Shown here piece after piece: positions 45,718 through 55,288 of a DNA stretch of 64,000 nt. Each line of letters begins with the position of its first letter. Position 1 is the stretch's first letter. The position numbers were made by a program, and so were the translations under genes. The notes beneath the pieces were generated by a model. It worked only from the letters and a program-made list of their open reading frames with translations, was not told the DNA's origin and searched no databases. Origin of the DNA: an uncultured Gemmatimonadales bacterium (GTDB taxonomy: Bacteria > Gemmatimonadota > Gemmatimonadetes > Gemmatimonadales > GWC2-71-9); NCBI GenBank assembly GCA_963779755.1, contig CAVZZO010000001.1:128001-192000 (forward strand). Direction: 5' to 3'.

Positions 45718-48606
45718 CTAGACCGACTGCTCTTCTCCGGCCGTCAGGGCCAGGCGCTTACCCTCCCGCAGAAATCCCTGGAACACATCCGCCGGAACCG
45801 GCCGGCTGAAGAGGTACCCCTGCAGCTGGTCGCAGCGGTGCCGCCGCAGGAAGGCCAGCTGGTCCGGCGTCTCCACCCCTTCGGCCACGATGGTCAGCTC
45901 CAGGCTGCGTCCCATGGCAAGAATGGCGCCGGTGATCAGGGCGTCCTCCGGGTCGGTGGAGAGATCGCGCACGAAGCTGCGATCGATCTTCAGCGTATCC
46001 AGGGGGAAGTGCTTCAGGTAACTCAGGGACGAATACCCGGTCCCGAAATCGTCGATCGAGAGGCAGAGCCCGAGTGAACGCAGCGCATTGAGGGTGGCGA
46101 CGTTCTCCGATTCGTGCTGCATCAGGATGCTTTCCGTCAACTCGAGCGAGATATACCCCGCCTCCACGCCGGTCTCCTGCAGAATGGCATGGACCCGCTC
46201 CACCAGGTTGATCTGGCGCAGCTGCCGGCTCGAGAGATTGGTGGAAATCCGCACGTTCCCCAGCCCCGCTTCACGCCAGGCCGCCTGCTGGGCACAGGCA
46301 CTCCGGAAGATCCACTCGCCCAGCGGTACGATGAGCCCGTTCTCTTCCGCGATGGGAATGAACTCCGCCGGCGGCATGAGCCCCATCTCGGGGTGGCGCC
46401 ACCGCACCAGCGCCTCGGCGCCCACGATCGAGCCGTCGGACAGTTCCACCAGCGGCTGGTAATGCACCTCGAATTCTTCCCGCTCCAGCGCCCGCCGCAG
46501 GCTGTTCTCCACCGTCAGCCGGTGCAGCGCCGTGGCGTTCATCGCCTTGGAATACATCTGGAAGCCGTTCCGCCCCTGCTCCTTGGCATGGTACATGGCG
46601 GTGTCGGCGCTCTTCAGCAGCCCCTGCATGTCCTCGGCGTCGAAGGGATAAATCGCAATGCCGATACTGGCGGTCACGTAGACCTCATGCCCCGCCAGCC
46701 GGAAGGGCTGGCCGAAGCTCCCCAGCAGACGCCGCGCGATGCCGGCCGCCTCCTGCGGATCCTCCAGGTCGGGAATGAGGATGGTGAACTCGTCGCCGCC
46801 CAGGCGCGCCACATTGGGGCGTGCCGCTTCTCCGCCCGGCCGGGCGAGGCTGTCCGACTCCCGGCAGGAAGCCAGCAGCCGCGCGCCCACTTCGCGCACC
46901 AGCTGGTCGCCCTGTTCGTGGCCCAGAGTATCGTTGATTCGCCCGAAGTGATCGAGATCGAGGAAGAAGACCGCCACCATGTGCTGGCCCCGGCGGGCCG
47001 CGGCGAGGGCGTGCTGCAGCCGTTCCTTGAAGAGGATCCGGTTGGGCAGGCTGGTCAGACTGTCGTAGTAGGCCAGAAAGCGGACCCGGTCGATCATCTG
47101 GACGTTGGCCAGGGCCACCGCCACCTGGTCGGCGAGGCGGCGCATCTGCACCAGGTCGTCCTCGTGGCCCACCGGCGTCTGGCTGTTGGCCAGCACGATG
47201 ATACCCGCCAGATCCTGCTTGAAGAGCAGCGGCAGGACCACGTACGAGCGGGCGCCGCGTTGGACCAGCGGGGTGGTGTACGACGGCAGCGCCAGGCCCG
47301 ACTCCAGCTGGAGGATCGGCGGCGAGGCCAGCAGCCGCTCCCGCTCCTCCGCCGGCAGCTCTACCGGCTCCCGCTCCCAGTCCTCCCCCGGCCCGGGCGA
47401 AACGTAGGCCAGGTACCGCTGGTCGTCAGGCAGCACCACGCAGACCATGTCGCAAGGGCAGACATCCCGGGCGCGGACCAGCACCGTCTCCACGATCTGG
47501 GTCACGTCCAGCGCCGACAATACCGCGCGGTCGATCTCCGACGCGGTCTCGAGCGCGGTGAATTGCCGGCCCAGACGGGAGGCCATGGAATTGAATGACC
47601 CGGCCAACTCCTGGAACTCGTCGCCGCTGGTGACCAGCACCCGGCTCTCGAACTGGCGGTCGGCGATGCGCCGGGTTCCCGCCTGCAACGCCTCCAGCGG
47701 TACCAGGCTGCGGCGGATCTGATTCACGCTGAGCAGCAGCACCACCCAGAGGCAGAGCAGCGCCACGCAGATGAACGTGTAACGGAACTCGGCCATGCTG
47801 GCGAAGATGTCGGCCCGCGATTCGCTCAGGACCAGGGTCCAGACACCGCTGGAGAACTGGCGCTTGAGGAAGATGGACCAGTAGGAGGCGAGATAGGGCT
47901 CCTCGTTGATGCTGAGCGGGAACTCCCCCACCGCGTTGTGGTCGATCTGCCAGCGCACCTGGGGCGGGAGAATCAGCGAATCCGGCAGCGTACTGAACAG
48001 CGCATGATCATATTCGTCCAGCACGGTCAGCTGCATACGGGGCGAGAGCGTGTTCTGTTCCGAGTCGCCCCACAGAAGGGAATGACGAACCCGCGCCACC
48101 AGGTAACGGGTGGGATCCCCCGCCAGCGGGTGCACCAGGAAGATCTGCGCCGAGCCGTCGGTCACCATCCGGGTCGTCACCACGGTGCGGCCGCCGCGCA
48201 GGTCTTCCAGTTGCGACGCGCTGAGGGGGGGCCCGCCGCCCACCGCCTCACCCAGCAATGTGGCCAGCAGGGCGTCCGGCGCCCGGCGGGAGTAGAGGCC
48301 CAGCCACTCCAGCTTGGCGGCCAGCTGATCCACCAGCACCCGGGACAGCTGCGGCAGCCCGCCTTGCGGGCCGGGGTGGACACTCTCCAGCTCGGCATCC
48401 AGGAACAGCAGGCGCTCCAGCACCGACATACCCAGCGCCTTGTTCGTGGCGGCGAGCTGGTCTTCCGCCTGGCTCTTGAGCTGACTGGTGACGTAGCGGA
48501 ACGACAGGGTGGCGACCGCAACGATCGGCACCAGGGCGCAGACCGTGAACAGCAGCAGCAGGCGACGGCCGAACCGCGTGCGGAGAAAGGCGTGACGCAG
48601 CGGCAT
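45718..48606 (-). CDS. membrane sensor diguanylate cyclase/phosphodiesterase (periplasmic sensor-HAMP-GAF-GGDEF-EAL)
   Basis: Two TMs, HAMP (DEFQELAGSFNSM), YDSLTSLPNR, RLGGDEF, AEALVRW, DDFGTGYSSL. Confidence 0.93.
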   Translation of the reverse strand: MPLRHAFLRTRFGRRLLLLFTVCALVPIVAVATLSFRYVTSQLKSQAEDQLAATNKALGMSVLERLLFLDAELESVHPGPQGGLPQLSRVLVDQLAAKLEWLGLYSRRAPDALLATLLGEAVGGGPPLSASQLEDLRGGRTVVTTRMVTDGSAQIFLVHPLAGDPTRYLVARVRHSLLWGDSEQNTLSPRMQLTVLDEYDHALFSTLPDSLILPPQVRWQIDHNAVGEFPLSINEEPYLASYWSIFLKRQFSSGVWTLVLSESRADIFASMAEFRYTFICVALLCLWVVLLLSVNQIRRSLVPLEALQAGTRRIADRQFESRVLVTSGDEFQELAGSFNSMASRLGRQFTALETASEIDRAVLSALDVTQIVETVLVRARDVCPCDMVCVVLPDDQRYLAYVSPGPGEDWEREPVELPAEERERLLASPPILQLESGLALPSYTTPLVQRGARSYVVLPLLFKQDLAGIIVLANSQTPVGHEDDLVQMRRLADQVAVALANVQMIDRVRFLAYYDSLTSLPNRILFKERLQHALAAARRGQHMVAVFFLDLDHFGRINDTLGHEQGDQLVREVGARLLASCRESDSLARPGGEAARPNVARLGGDEFTILIPDLEDPQEAAGIARRLLGSFGQPFRLAGHEVYVTASIGIAIYPFDAEDMQGLLKSADTAMYHAKEQGRNGFQMYSKAMNATALHRLTVENSLRRALEREEFEVHYQPLVELSDGSIVGAEALVRWRHPEMGLMPPAEFIPIAEENGLIVPLGEWIFRSACAQQAAWREAGLGNVRISTNLSSRQLRQINLVERVHAILQETGVEAGYISLELTESILMQHESENVATLNALRSLGLCLSIDDFGTGYSSLSYLKHFPLDTLKIDRSFVRDLSTDPEDALITGAILAMGRSLELTIVAEGVETPDQLAFLRRHRCDQLQGYLFSRPVPADVFQGFLREGKRLALTAGEEQSV

Positions 48607-48734
48607 CAGGTCAGGACTCCGATGCGAGGCCGGCAAAGGCCCCGTCGTTGCGGAGGTCGTAATCGGAGTTGAGCGGCACCACTGCCTCCGTCCTCGCACT
48701 GCGGGTCGAGCTCGATTCGGGGCCAGGAAAGCCA

Positions 48735-48750
48735 AGCAATAGCCGTGCCC
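48735..48750 (-). promoter_or_regulatory. sigma54 -24/-12 promoter candidate
   Basis: Minus strand GGGCACGGCTATTGCT (GG-N10-GC); AT-rich IHF-like tract at 48765-48790. Confidence 0.55.
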
Positions 48751-48879
48751 CCTGACCTGATGCTATATATCTTGATACAACAAGGACTTACACGAAGACA
48801 TCAAGGCAGGACGGACCCGGTGTAGAGGGATTTTGCGGTGACGCAGAAATGCCGTGGTGGGAGACGCTCCCGACAGCGC

Positions 48880-50313
48880 CTATCGGGGCTGGTCCGGGGC
48901 CGGGACCACCGGCAACGGGGAGGGCGGCTCGAAGGGGAGGCTGATGCTGATCCGCAGGCCACCGAGCTCGCTTCGCCCGGCGGTCACTTCGCCGCCATGG
49001 AGGCGCACCGCCGACGCGACCAGCGTGAGGCCCAGCCCCGCCCCCGCTCCCCGCCCGCGAGCCGGGTCACCCCGGTAGAGTGGCTCGAACAGGTTGGGCA
49101 GATCGCGGGCGGCGACGCCGGGTCCCGCGTCTTCCACCGTCAGAACGGCCGAGTGGTCTTCCCGCCGGGCGGAGAGACGGACCGGGGTGCCGGGCGGTGT
49201 GTGGCGGTCCAGATTGTCGAGCAACTGATCCAGGACCGAATCGAGTATGGCGCGGTCGCCCCGCAGCGGCACGGGGTCGGAGGCGTGCAACTCCACGGGA
49301 CGGCCATCGCGCAGCATGCCCCGCCGTTCCAGGGCAGCTGTGGCCAGAGCGCCCAGGTCCAGGGGCTCCAACCGGGGGAGGACACCGCCCCCTTCCAGCT
49401 TCATGAGCAGGCCGCTCGCGCGCTCGATCGCGATCAGCCGGTCGATCTCCTCCAGCAGGCTGTGCAGGACCTGGCGATAGCGCTCCGGAGTGCGATCGCC
49501 CCGCAGCGCGACTTCCACCTCCCCCTGCATGGCCGTGAGCGGGGTGCGCAGCTCATGTCCCACGTCGGCCACCATGCGGCGCTGCTGCTGTACCGCGCGC
49601 TCCAGCCGGGCGACCATCTCGTTCAGCACTTCGCGCAGTCCCTGGTACTCCGCGATATCGGCATGCGCCGTGATCCGCTGGCCGGTGCGGCCGCCCTGGA
49701 CCGTCCGCGCCTGCCGCGCGATCTCCTCGACCGGCCGGGTGATGCGCCGCGCCAGCCAGCGCGATCCGACGGCCGTGGCCAGGGTGCCCAGGGCCATGGT
49801 GGCCAGCATGCGCCAGAGCACGCTGGCCGCTTCCTGCTCGAAGGGCCGGGTGGAGGCCACGACCTGCAGCACGGCGTAATCCGCCCGGGAGCCCGGAGGC
49901 ACCGGCCGGTACTGGGCCCGGACGGTCTGTTTTCCCCACCGTTCGGTGAGGCGGGTTTCCTGGCCGGCACGCGCGCGGGTGAACGCCTGGGGGGAATAGG
50001 GAAGGCTGCGGGCCAGCTCGGTATTCAGCGCCACGATACGGCCCGAAGAGTCGCGCACCACCACGAAGCGGTTGACGTGCTGGATGAACCCGATCAGCGC
50101 CGAAGGCTCGCCGCTGGTGGGCAGCAGCGCACCGGTGGCGAGAATCGCGTTCTCCAGCTGCGCGCCGCTCTCCAGGCTCTGGTCCAGTTGCGCCGCCAGG
50201 CGCTCGCGCAGGCCCAGATACACCCAGGCCGTGATCAGCGCGAGCGCGGCAAACATGGTCAGCGTGAATCGGACCTGAAGCGTCCGGCTCAGCGACCGCA
50301 CAGAAGATGGCAT
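48880..50313 (-). CDS. HAMP-domain sensor histidine kinase
   Basis: Two TMs, HAMP, H-box GHELRTPL, QLLDN, EDAGPG, LFEPLYR, GAGLGL. Confidence 0.9.
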   Translation of the reverse strand: MPSSVRSLSRTLQVRFTLTMFAALALITAWVYLGLRERLAAQLDQSLESGAQLENAILATGALLPTSGEPSALIGFIQHVNRFVVVRDSSGRIVALNTELARSLPYSPQAFTRARAGQETRLTERWGKQTVRAQYRPVPPGSRADYAVLQVVASTRPFEQEAASVLWRMLATMALGTLATAVGSRWLARRITRPVEEIARQARTVQGGRTGQRITAHADIAEYQGLREVLNEMVARLERAVQQQRRMVADVGHELRTPLTAMQGEVEVALRGDRTPERYRQVLHSLLEEIDRLIAIERASGLLMKLEGGGVLPRLEPLDLGALATAALERRGMLRDGRPVELHASDPVPLRGDRAILDSVLDQLLDNLDRHTPPGTPVRLSARREDHSAVLTVEDAGPGVAARDLPNLFEPLYRGDPARGRGAGAGLGLTLVASAVRLHGGEVTAGRSELGGLRISISLPFEPPSPLPVVPAPDQPR

Positions 50314-50326
50314 GAAGCGAGGTGGG

Positions 50327-50683
50327 TCAGGCGGGCAGCAGGCGGTCCAGGTGGTCCAGCAGCTCGGCAAACCGGAACGGCTTCGCCAGGAAGTCGGTCA
50401 CACCCGCCTCGAGGCAGTGGCGCCGGTCCTGTTCCGAGTCGCGGGCGGTGAGCATGAGAATGGGAAGCTCCCGCCCCTGCCGGCGCAGCTCCCGGGCCAG
50501 GTCCACACCGCTCATCCCGGGCAGCATGAAGTCGAGCAGGATCACATCCCACTGCTCCTGCAGCGCCCGGCTGAGAGCGAGGGCCCCGTCACTCTCGACC
50601 ACAACCCGGTGCCCCTCCTCGCCCAGTCCCTGGGCGAGAAAGCCGGACACCTTGGGGTCGTCTTCGACGAGCAATATTCGCAT
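50327..50683 (-). CDS. single-domain response regulator (OmpR/CusR-like receiver, no output domain)
   Basis: MRILLVEDD, ILLDFMLPG, ILMLTARD, KPF; stops after 118 aa. Confidence 0.88.
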   Translation of the reverse strand: MRILLVEDDPKVSGFLAQGLGEEGHRVVVESDGALALSRALQEQWDVILLDFMLPGMSGVDLARELRRQGRELPILMLTARDSEQDRRHCLEAGVTDFLAKPFRFAELLDHLDRLLPA

Positions 50684-50739
50684 TACTGTCGAAGCTAAGG
50701 ACCTTCCAGTAAGATCCGTTAAAGGCAGTGTGAAGATCG

Positions 50740-52359
50740 CTATTCCCGGCGTTCCAGCTGACCCCGGAACAGCGGCGAAGTCGAAAACGTGAGGCCTTTC
50801 CCGACAACCAGGACCCAACCGGCCCCCTCGGCAGCGTTGGCAAAGCGGCGGGCCAGATCGATCCGGAGCGACTCGACCGCCGAGGACCGGCTGGCGCCGA
50901 GCCGGAGGCCGAGCCCGACATCGGTACCGGTTCGCCGGGGCGAGCCGGCATACCAGGCACCGCCGTAGTCCACGAACGCGGCCAGCCCCACGCCCACCAG
51001 GTCCAGCAGGTCCCGGAAGACGGTCAGCCGGTACTCGGCGGTGGCGTAGAAGGTCCGGTCGCCGGTCAGGGCATGAGCCCGGAAGGCTCGCGGCCCGAGC
51101 CCCAGTCCCAGATCGAACTCCTCGCCCGGCAGGGGCCGGTGGGCCCAGCCGGCATCGGCGTGGAGGAGAATGGTATGACCCCCGCCCGGCTGAAGCACCA
51201 GCGTTCCCGCGGTGAGCACCCGCCCCGAATCCAGGCCCGCCGAGGTCATCAGACCGTTGGCGGCGGCGTCGAGGAACCCGAAGCCGCCGGGGAAACTCAG
51301 GCCGGTCCGGGCGCCCAGCCGGGCGCCCAGGCCGTCCTCCCCGTAACCGAAGGCGCGGGGCGCCCCCAGCAGGCTGAACCGGAGGGTGGTGCTGAGATCC
51401 ACATCCTCCTGCCGGCCGAACCCGGTAAAGCCCCGGGTGACCACATACCGGGCGCGACGCCACTCCAGCCAGGGGCCGAAGCTGCCCGTCACATGATCGG
51501 GAAAGCTGCCGCTGAATCCTTCGGGAACGAAATCATCCCGGCGGACCTGCAGGGTAAACCCGGCGCGCAGGTACCCTTCGGGACCGGAGCGGAGCGCCAG
51601 GCCACCGTCGCCACGCAGCAGGGTATAGCGCCGCTCCAGCGTGTCGCTGGCGACCTCTTCCCCGTTGAAGAAGCGGAGGACACGCTCCCTGCGCGTATCG
51701 AGGACGGTCCCCAGGCTGGTGCGCGACTCGAGATTGAAAAACGGCTGCGACAACTCGGCGACCACCACCGATCCGTCGGAGCGGTCCTCCCAGCTCATTC
51801 CCGCCCGGACGCGGTTGGCGATGAGCCGTGGCTGCAGAAAGCCGACCTCGTAGCTGGTACGATCGACCAGGTGGCGGTACTTCACTCCCACCTGCGTGGC
51901 GGTGCCCACCAGGTTGTCCTCGAAGAACGCCAGCGTGTATTCCACCTGCCCGCCCGTCGAGCGGAATCGGAAATCGGGGCGGGTACTCCAGCCGTCGCGG
52001 GTCACCACCCGTGCCACCAGGCCGCTGTCGGTCCGCACCGAATCCACCGTGACCTGGGTGAAGATACCCAGCCCGCGGAGGTTGCGCTCCGTCTCCGCCG
52101 CCCGGGCCGAATCCCACGCAGCACCCGGCTGCAGCAGTACCTCGCGCCGCACCACGTAGCCGCGGGTGACCACATGCAGCGCGTTGGCGGTGCGGAACAG
52201 CCAGTTGTCGGCCTCGGCCGGGCTGAAGATGTTCTGTCGCTCGATCTGCACGTCCCGCAGCACCGGGGCCGCGGAGTCGCCGCGCGCGGGCGCCTCCTGG
52301 GCGCCCACGAGGGCCGGCGGCGCCAGCCAGAACAGCAGCGTGAGAAGGCGGAACGACAC
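50740..52359 (-). CDS. BamA/TamA-like outer-membrane protein (POTRA + barrel)
   Basis: Signal peptide, TRGYVVRREVL...ETERNLR POTRA, EDNLVG, PRAF, AEYR, AFVDYG; start uncertain. Confidence 0.75.
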   Translation of the reverse strand: MSFRLLTLLFWLAPPALVGAQEAPARGDSAAPVLRDVQIERQNIFSPAEADNWLFRTANALHVVTRGYVVRREVLLQPGAAWDSARAAETERNLRGLGIFTQVTVDSVRTDSGLVARVVTRDGWSTRPDFRFRSTGGQVEYTLAFFEDNLVGTATQVGVKYRHLVDRTSYEVGFLQPRLIANRVRAGMSWEDRSDGSVVVAELSQPFFNLESRTSLGTVLDTRRERVLRFFNGEEVASDTLERRYTLLRGDGGLALRSGPEGYLRAGFTLQVRRDDFVPEGFSGSFPDHVTGSFGPWLEWRRARYVVTRGFTGFGRQEDVDLSTTLRFSLLGAPRAFGYGEDGLGARLGARTGLSFPGGFGFLDAAANGLMTSAGLDSGRVLTAGTLVLQPGGGHTILLHADAGWAHRPLPGEEFDLGLGLGPRAFRAHALTGDRTFYATAEYRLTVFRDLLDLVGVGLAAFVDYGGAWYAGSPRRTGTDVGLGLRLGASRSSAVESLRIDLARRFANAAEGAGWVLVVGKGLTFSTSPLFRGQLERRE

Positions 52360-52447
52360 GGGATCCTTGCGAGAGTCCGGGGAGCGGAGAAGCAAGATAA
52401 CCGGCGGGAGCCGTGCTGACTGCAGGTGCGATCACCGGCCGCCCGGT

Positions 52448-53236
52448 TTACAGCCGGGCAATGCTCTCCAGCAAGGCGTCGGGCGTCACCTCCGAGCCGG
52501 CAAGCACCTCCGGGCGGAACTTGCCGGTCCGGACCAGGTATCCCCGGAGCCCGGCCCGCTGGGCTCCCTGGACGTCGGTATAGAGGTCATCGCCCACCAT
52601 GACGATCTCCTGCCGGGGCACCTCCGGCGGCAGCTCCAGGCTCGCCACGGCCGCCTGGAAGAACTCCGGGCTGGGCTTTCCCGCCACCCGGGCAGGGCGC
52701 CCGGCGGCGTGCTCCAGCGCCGCGACAAAGGGGCCGGCATCCAGCACCAGCTTGCCGCCCTGCCGCCAGTAGCGGTCCCGCGAGAGGGCAATGAACTCCG
52801 CCCCGGCCTGCAGCAACTCGAACGCCTCCTGGAGAAGAGGGTAGGTCCAGCCCGCACCCAGATCGCCCACAATCAGGGCGGTCGGGAGGCCGGTGGGGGC
52901 GAGGGGTGAGGGAGCGGTGCCGCCCGACAGCGCGAACTGGTCCAGATCCTCCAGCGCCTCCGGGGCGAGATAGGGCGCCAGCCGGGCATGGCCCTCCGCC
53001 CGCGCCAGCAGGGCGCCCGCCCGGACGGCGGTGAAGATCTCCCCCGGCTGCACCTCGAATCCACAGGAGCCGAGCCGGTCCAGCAGCAGCCGCCGCGACC
53101 GGCTCGTGGTATTGGTCAGCAGGCGGAAGGGAGTCCCGGCCCGGCGGAGCCGGTGCAGCAGCTCCACCGCGCCCGGGATGGCCACGCCCTCCTGGTAGAG
53201 GGTTCCGTCCAGGTCCAGGAGGTACGCGGCTGGCAT
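52448..53236 (-). CDS. HAD-IIA family hydrolase (LHPP-like)
   Basis: DLDGTL, LTNTT, GKP, MVGDD..TD, VRTGKF. Confidence 0.9.
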   Translation of the reverse strand: MPAAYLLDLDGTLYQEGVAIPGAVELLHRLRRAGTPFRLLTNTTSRSRRLLLDRLGSCGFEVQPGEIFTAVRAGALLARAEGHARLAPYLAPEALEDLDQFALSGGTAPSPLAPTGLPTALIVGDLGAGWTYPLLQEAFELLQAGAEFIALSRDRYWRQGGKLVLDAGPFVAALEHAAGRPARVAGKPSPEFFQAAVASLELPPEVPRQEIVMVGDDLYTDVQGAQRAGLRGYLVRTGKFRPEVLAGSEVTPDALLESIARL

Positions 53237-53255
53237 GACGGCTCGCGTCCGGGGG

Positions 53256-54635
53256 CTAGTACCGCCCCAGGTAGCTGTCGATCTCCCAGCGGCTCACCTG
53301 GAGATTGTACTGCATCACTTCGGCGCGCTTGGCTTCGAGGAAGCGTTCGGTCAGATGCTCGCCCAGTGCTTCCCGGATGACGCTGTCCTTCTGGAACTTC
53401 TCCAGCGCCTCGTGCAGGTCGCGCGGCAGTTCGTCGATGCGGTACTTGCGCCGGTCGCGGTGGCTCATGGTGAAGATGTTGCGATTGACCGGTTCGCGGG
53501 CCTTGAGCTTCCGGGTGACGCCGTCGAGCCCGGCCGCCAGCTGCACCGTGAGCGCCAGATAGGGGTTGGCCGAAGGGTCCGGCATGCGCAGCTCGCACCG
53601 GGTGCCCAGGCCCCGCCGGTCGGGGATGCGCACCAGAGGCGAGCGGTTGCGCATGGACCAGGCAACGTTCACCGGCGCCTCATAGCCCGGCACCAGCCGC
53701 TTGTAGCTGTTCACCAGGGGGTTGGTGATGGCGCAGAATCCGGCGGCATGCTGCAGCAGCCCCTCGATGTAGCTCAGGGCGACTTTCGAAAGCTGGTGAT
53801 CGCCCTTCTGATCGAAGAACGCGTTGTCCTTGCCCTTGAACAGCGACTGGTGGGTGTGCATGCCGCTGCCGTTCTGTCCCTGGATCGGCTTGGGCATGAA
53901 GGAAGCGACGAAGCCGTGGCGCTGGGCCACGTTGCGGACCACGAAGCGGAAGGTGGCCAGGTTGTCGGCGGTGGTGAGGGCATCGGCGTACTTGAAGTCG
54001 ATCTCGTGCTGCCCCGGCGCCACCTCATGATGCGCCGCCTCCACCTCGAACCCCATGTCCTCGAGCTGCTCCACGATGATCCGGCGGATCTCCTCGCCCC
54101 GGTCCACCGGGGTCAGATCGAAATACGCACCGGAATCGTGGGTGTTGGTCGTGATGCCCCCCTCGGGCGTGGTTTCGAAGAGGAAAAACTCCGCCTCGCA
54201 ACCCGCCATCATGGTGTAGCCCACCTTGCGGGCCTTCTCCAGCTGGCGCTTGAGCGTCATCCGGGGGCAGCCGGCGAAGGCGGTGCCGTCGGGGGTGTAG
54301 ATGTCGCACAGCAGCCGGGCCACCCGGCCGCCCTGGTCTTCGTAGGGCAGTAGCCGGAAGGTGTCGAGCTCCGGGCGCAGCAGCATGTCGCTTTCCTCGA
54401 TCCGCACGAACCCTTCGATCGAGGATCCATCGAACATGATCTCCCCCTCCAGCGCCTTCTCGAACTGGCTGCGGGGCACTTCCACGTTCTTGTTGATGCC
54501 GAGGATGTCGGTAAACTGCAGACGCAGGAAATCCACCTGAAATTCATTCACCAGTTTCAGGATATCGGACTTCCTGCTGCCGTTGAGCTGGCGGGGAAAG
54601 GCCTTGAGCTGGGGCCGGGAGCCGGGCGCGGGCAT
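53256..54635 (-). CDS. glnA: glutamine synthetase type I (I-alpha-like)
   Basis: LQFTDILG, FDGSSIEGF, EAEFF, HHEVAPGQHEI, FMPKP...NGSGMH, KRLVPGYEAP, ELRMPDP. Confidence 0.95.
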   Translation of the reverse strand: MPAPGSRPQLKAFPRQLNGSRKSDILKLVNEFQVDFLRLQFTDILGINKNVEVPRSQFEKALEGEIMFDGSSIEGFVRIEESDMLLRPELDTFRLLPYEDQGGRVARLLCDIYTPDGTAFAGCPRMTLKRQLEKARKVGYTMMAGCEAEFFLFETTPEGGITTNTHDSGAYFDLTPVDRGEEIRRIIVEQLEDMGFEVEAAHHEVAPGQHEIDFKYADALTTADNLATFRFVVRNVAQRHGFVASFMPKPIQGQNGSGMHTHQSLFKGKDNAFFDQKGDHQLSKVALSYIEGLLQHAAGFCAITNPLVNSYKRLVPGYEAPVNVAWSMRNRSPLVRIPDRRGLGTRCELRMPDPSANPYLALTVQLAAGLDGVTRKLKAREPVNRNIFTMSHRDRRKYRIDELPRDLHEALEKFQKDSVIREALGEHLTERFLEAKRAEVMQYNLQVSRWEIDSYLGRY

Positions 54636-54679
54636 GAGGACCTTCAGGGATAAGGGGGAACCGGTGGCGGACGGGCGGG

Positions 54680-54795
54680 AATGTACCACTGCACACCGGG
54701 GAATGCAAAAAGTGCTGGAAAATGGGAACGTCTCTGCCGGGAATACGGGGAAAGGCTCCCGTCGACATAGAATTTGTGCAGAATGGGCACAAATT
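54680..54795 (-). promoter_or_regulatory. glnA sigma70 promoter and upstream palindromic operator
   Basis: TTGCAT (54708-03), 17 bp, TG-extended TACATT (54685-80); perfect inverted repeat AATTTGTGC-N7-GCACAAATT (54771-95). Confidence 0.65.
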
Positions 54796-54797
54796 GA

Positions 54798-54912
54798 TGG
54801 AAAAGGAAAGCGGGGAAGGGCGGCCAATCCCCTTCCCGCTTCCCTTTCCCCCACCTGCCGCCTTGCCGTCCTGCCGCCTTGCCGTCCTGCCGTCCTGCCG
54901 CCTTGCCGTCCT
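54798..54912 (-). repeat. degenerate GGCAGGAC/GGCAAGGC array (about 7 units) followed by a purine/pyrimidine hairpin
   Basis: Array at 54854-54912 begins at the stop of the 92-aa ORF; ggaaaaggaaagcggggaaggg pairs with cccttcccgcttccctttcc. Confidence 0.85.
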
Positions 54913-55189
54913 ACGACAGGCTCTCCAGCAGCTTCCACAGCTCGGCCGCGCTGAATTCGCCGAAGCGGTTCAGCACGTCCTGATCCGACCATTCCAGGAA
55001 GATCCAGGCGGTACTGCGGCGGCGGGTTCCCTGCGCGAAGAGCAGTCGTCCGGCGACGAGGTCGCCGTCGGGGCGAGTTTCCAGATAAACGCTCCAGCGC
55101 ACGTCGCTGCGAGCGAGATCGCCCAGGTGGTGGGCGGCGGGTGCGTCGGGCAGGCGGGCGGGCGGTGCGATGGCGTCCGGCTGTCCCAT
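54911..55189 (-). CDS. hypothetical protein (92 aa)
   Basis: GGAGG RBS; compact beta/alpha-looking sequence. Confidence 0.7.
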   Translation of the reverse strand: MGQPDAIAPPARLPDAPAAHHLGDLARSDVRWSVYLETRPDGDLVAGRLLFAQGTRRRSTAWIFLEWSDQDVLNRFGEFSAAELWKLLESLS

Positions 55190-55288
55190 GGCGGCCTCCG
55201 GGGTTGCCTTTCACGGTAACGGGAGAGCCGTGCGGGCGCCAGCCGCCGCGGTGTACCGCCGCCCGCCGCCCCCTTAGATTCCGCCGCC

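Noticed and set aside
46790..46870. Second GGDEF motif (ARPGGEA) in the cyclase
   Set aside because: A short insertion before the true RLGGDEF that displaces the RxxD; not a separate domain
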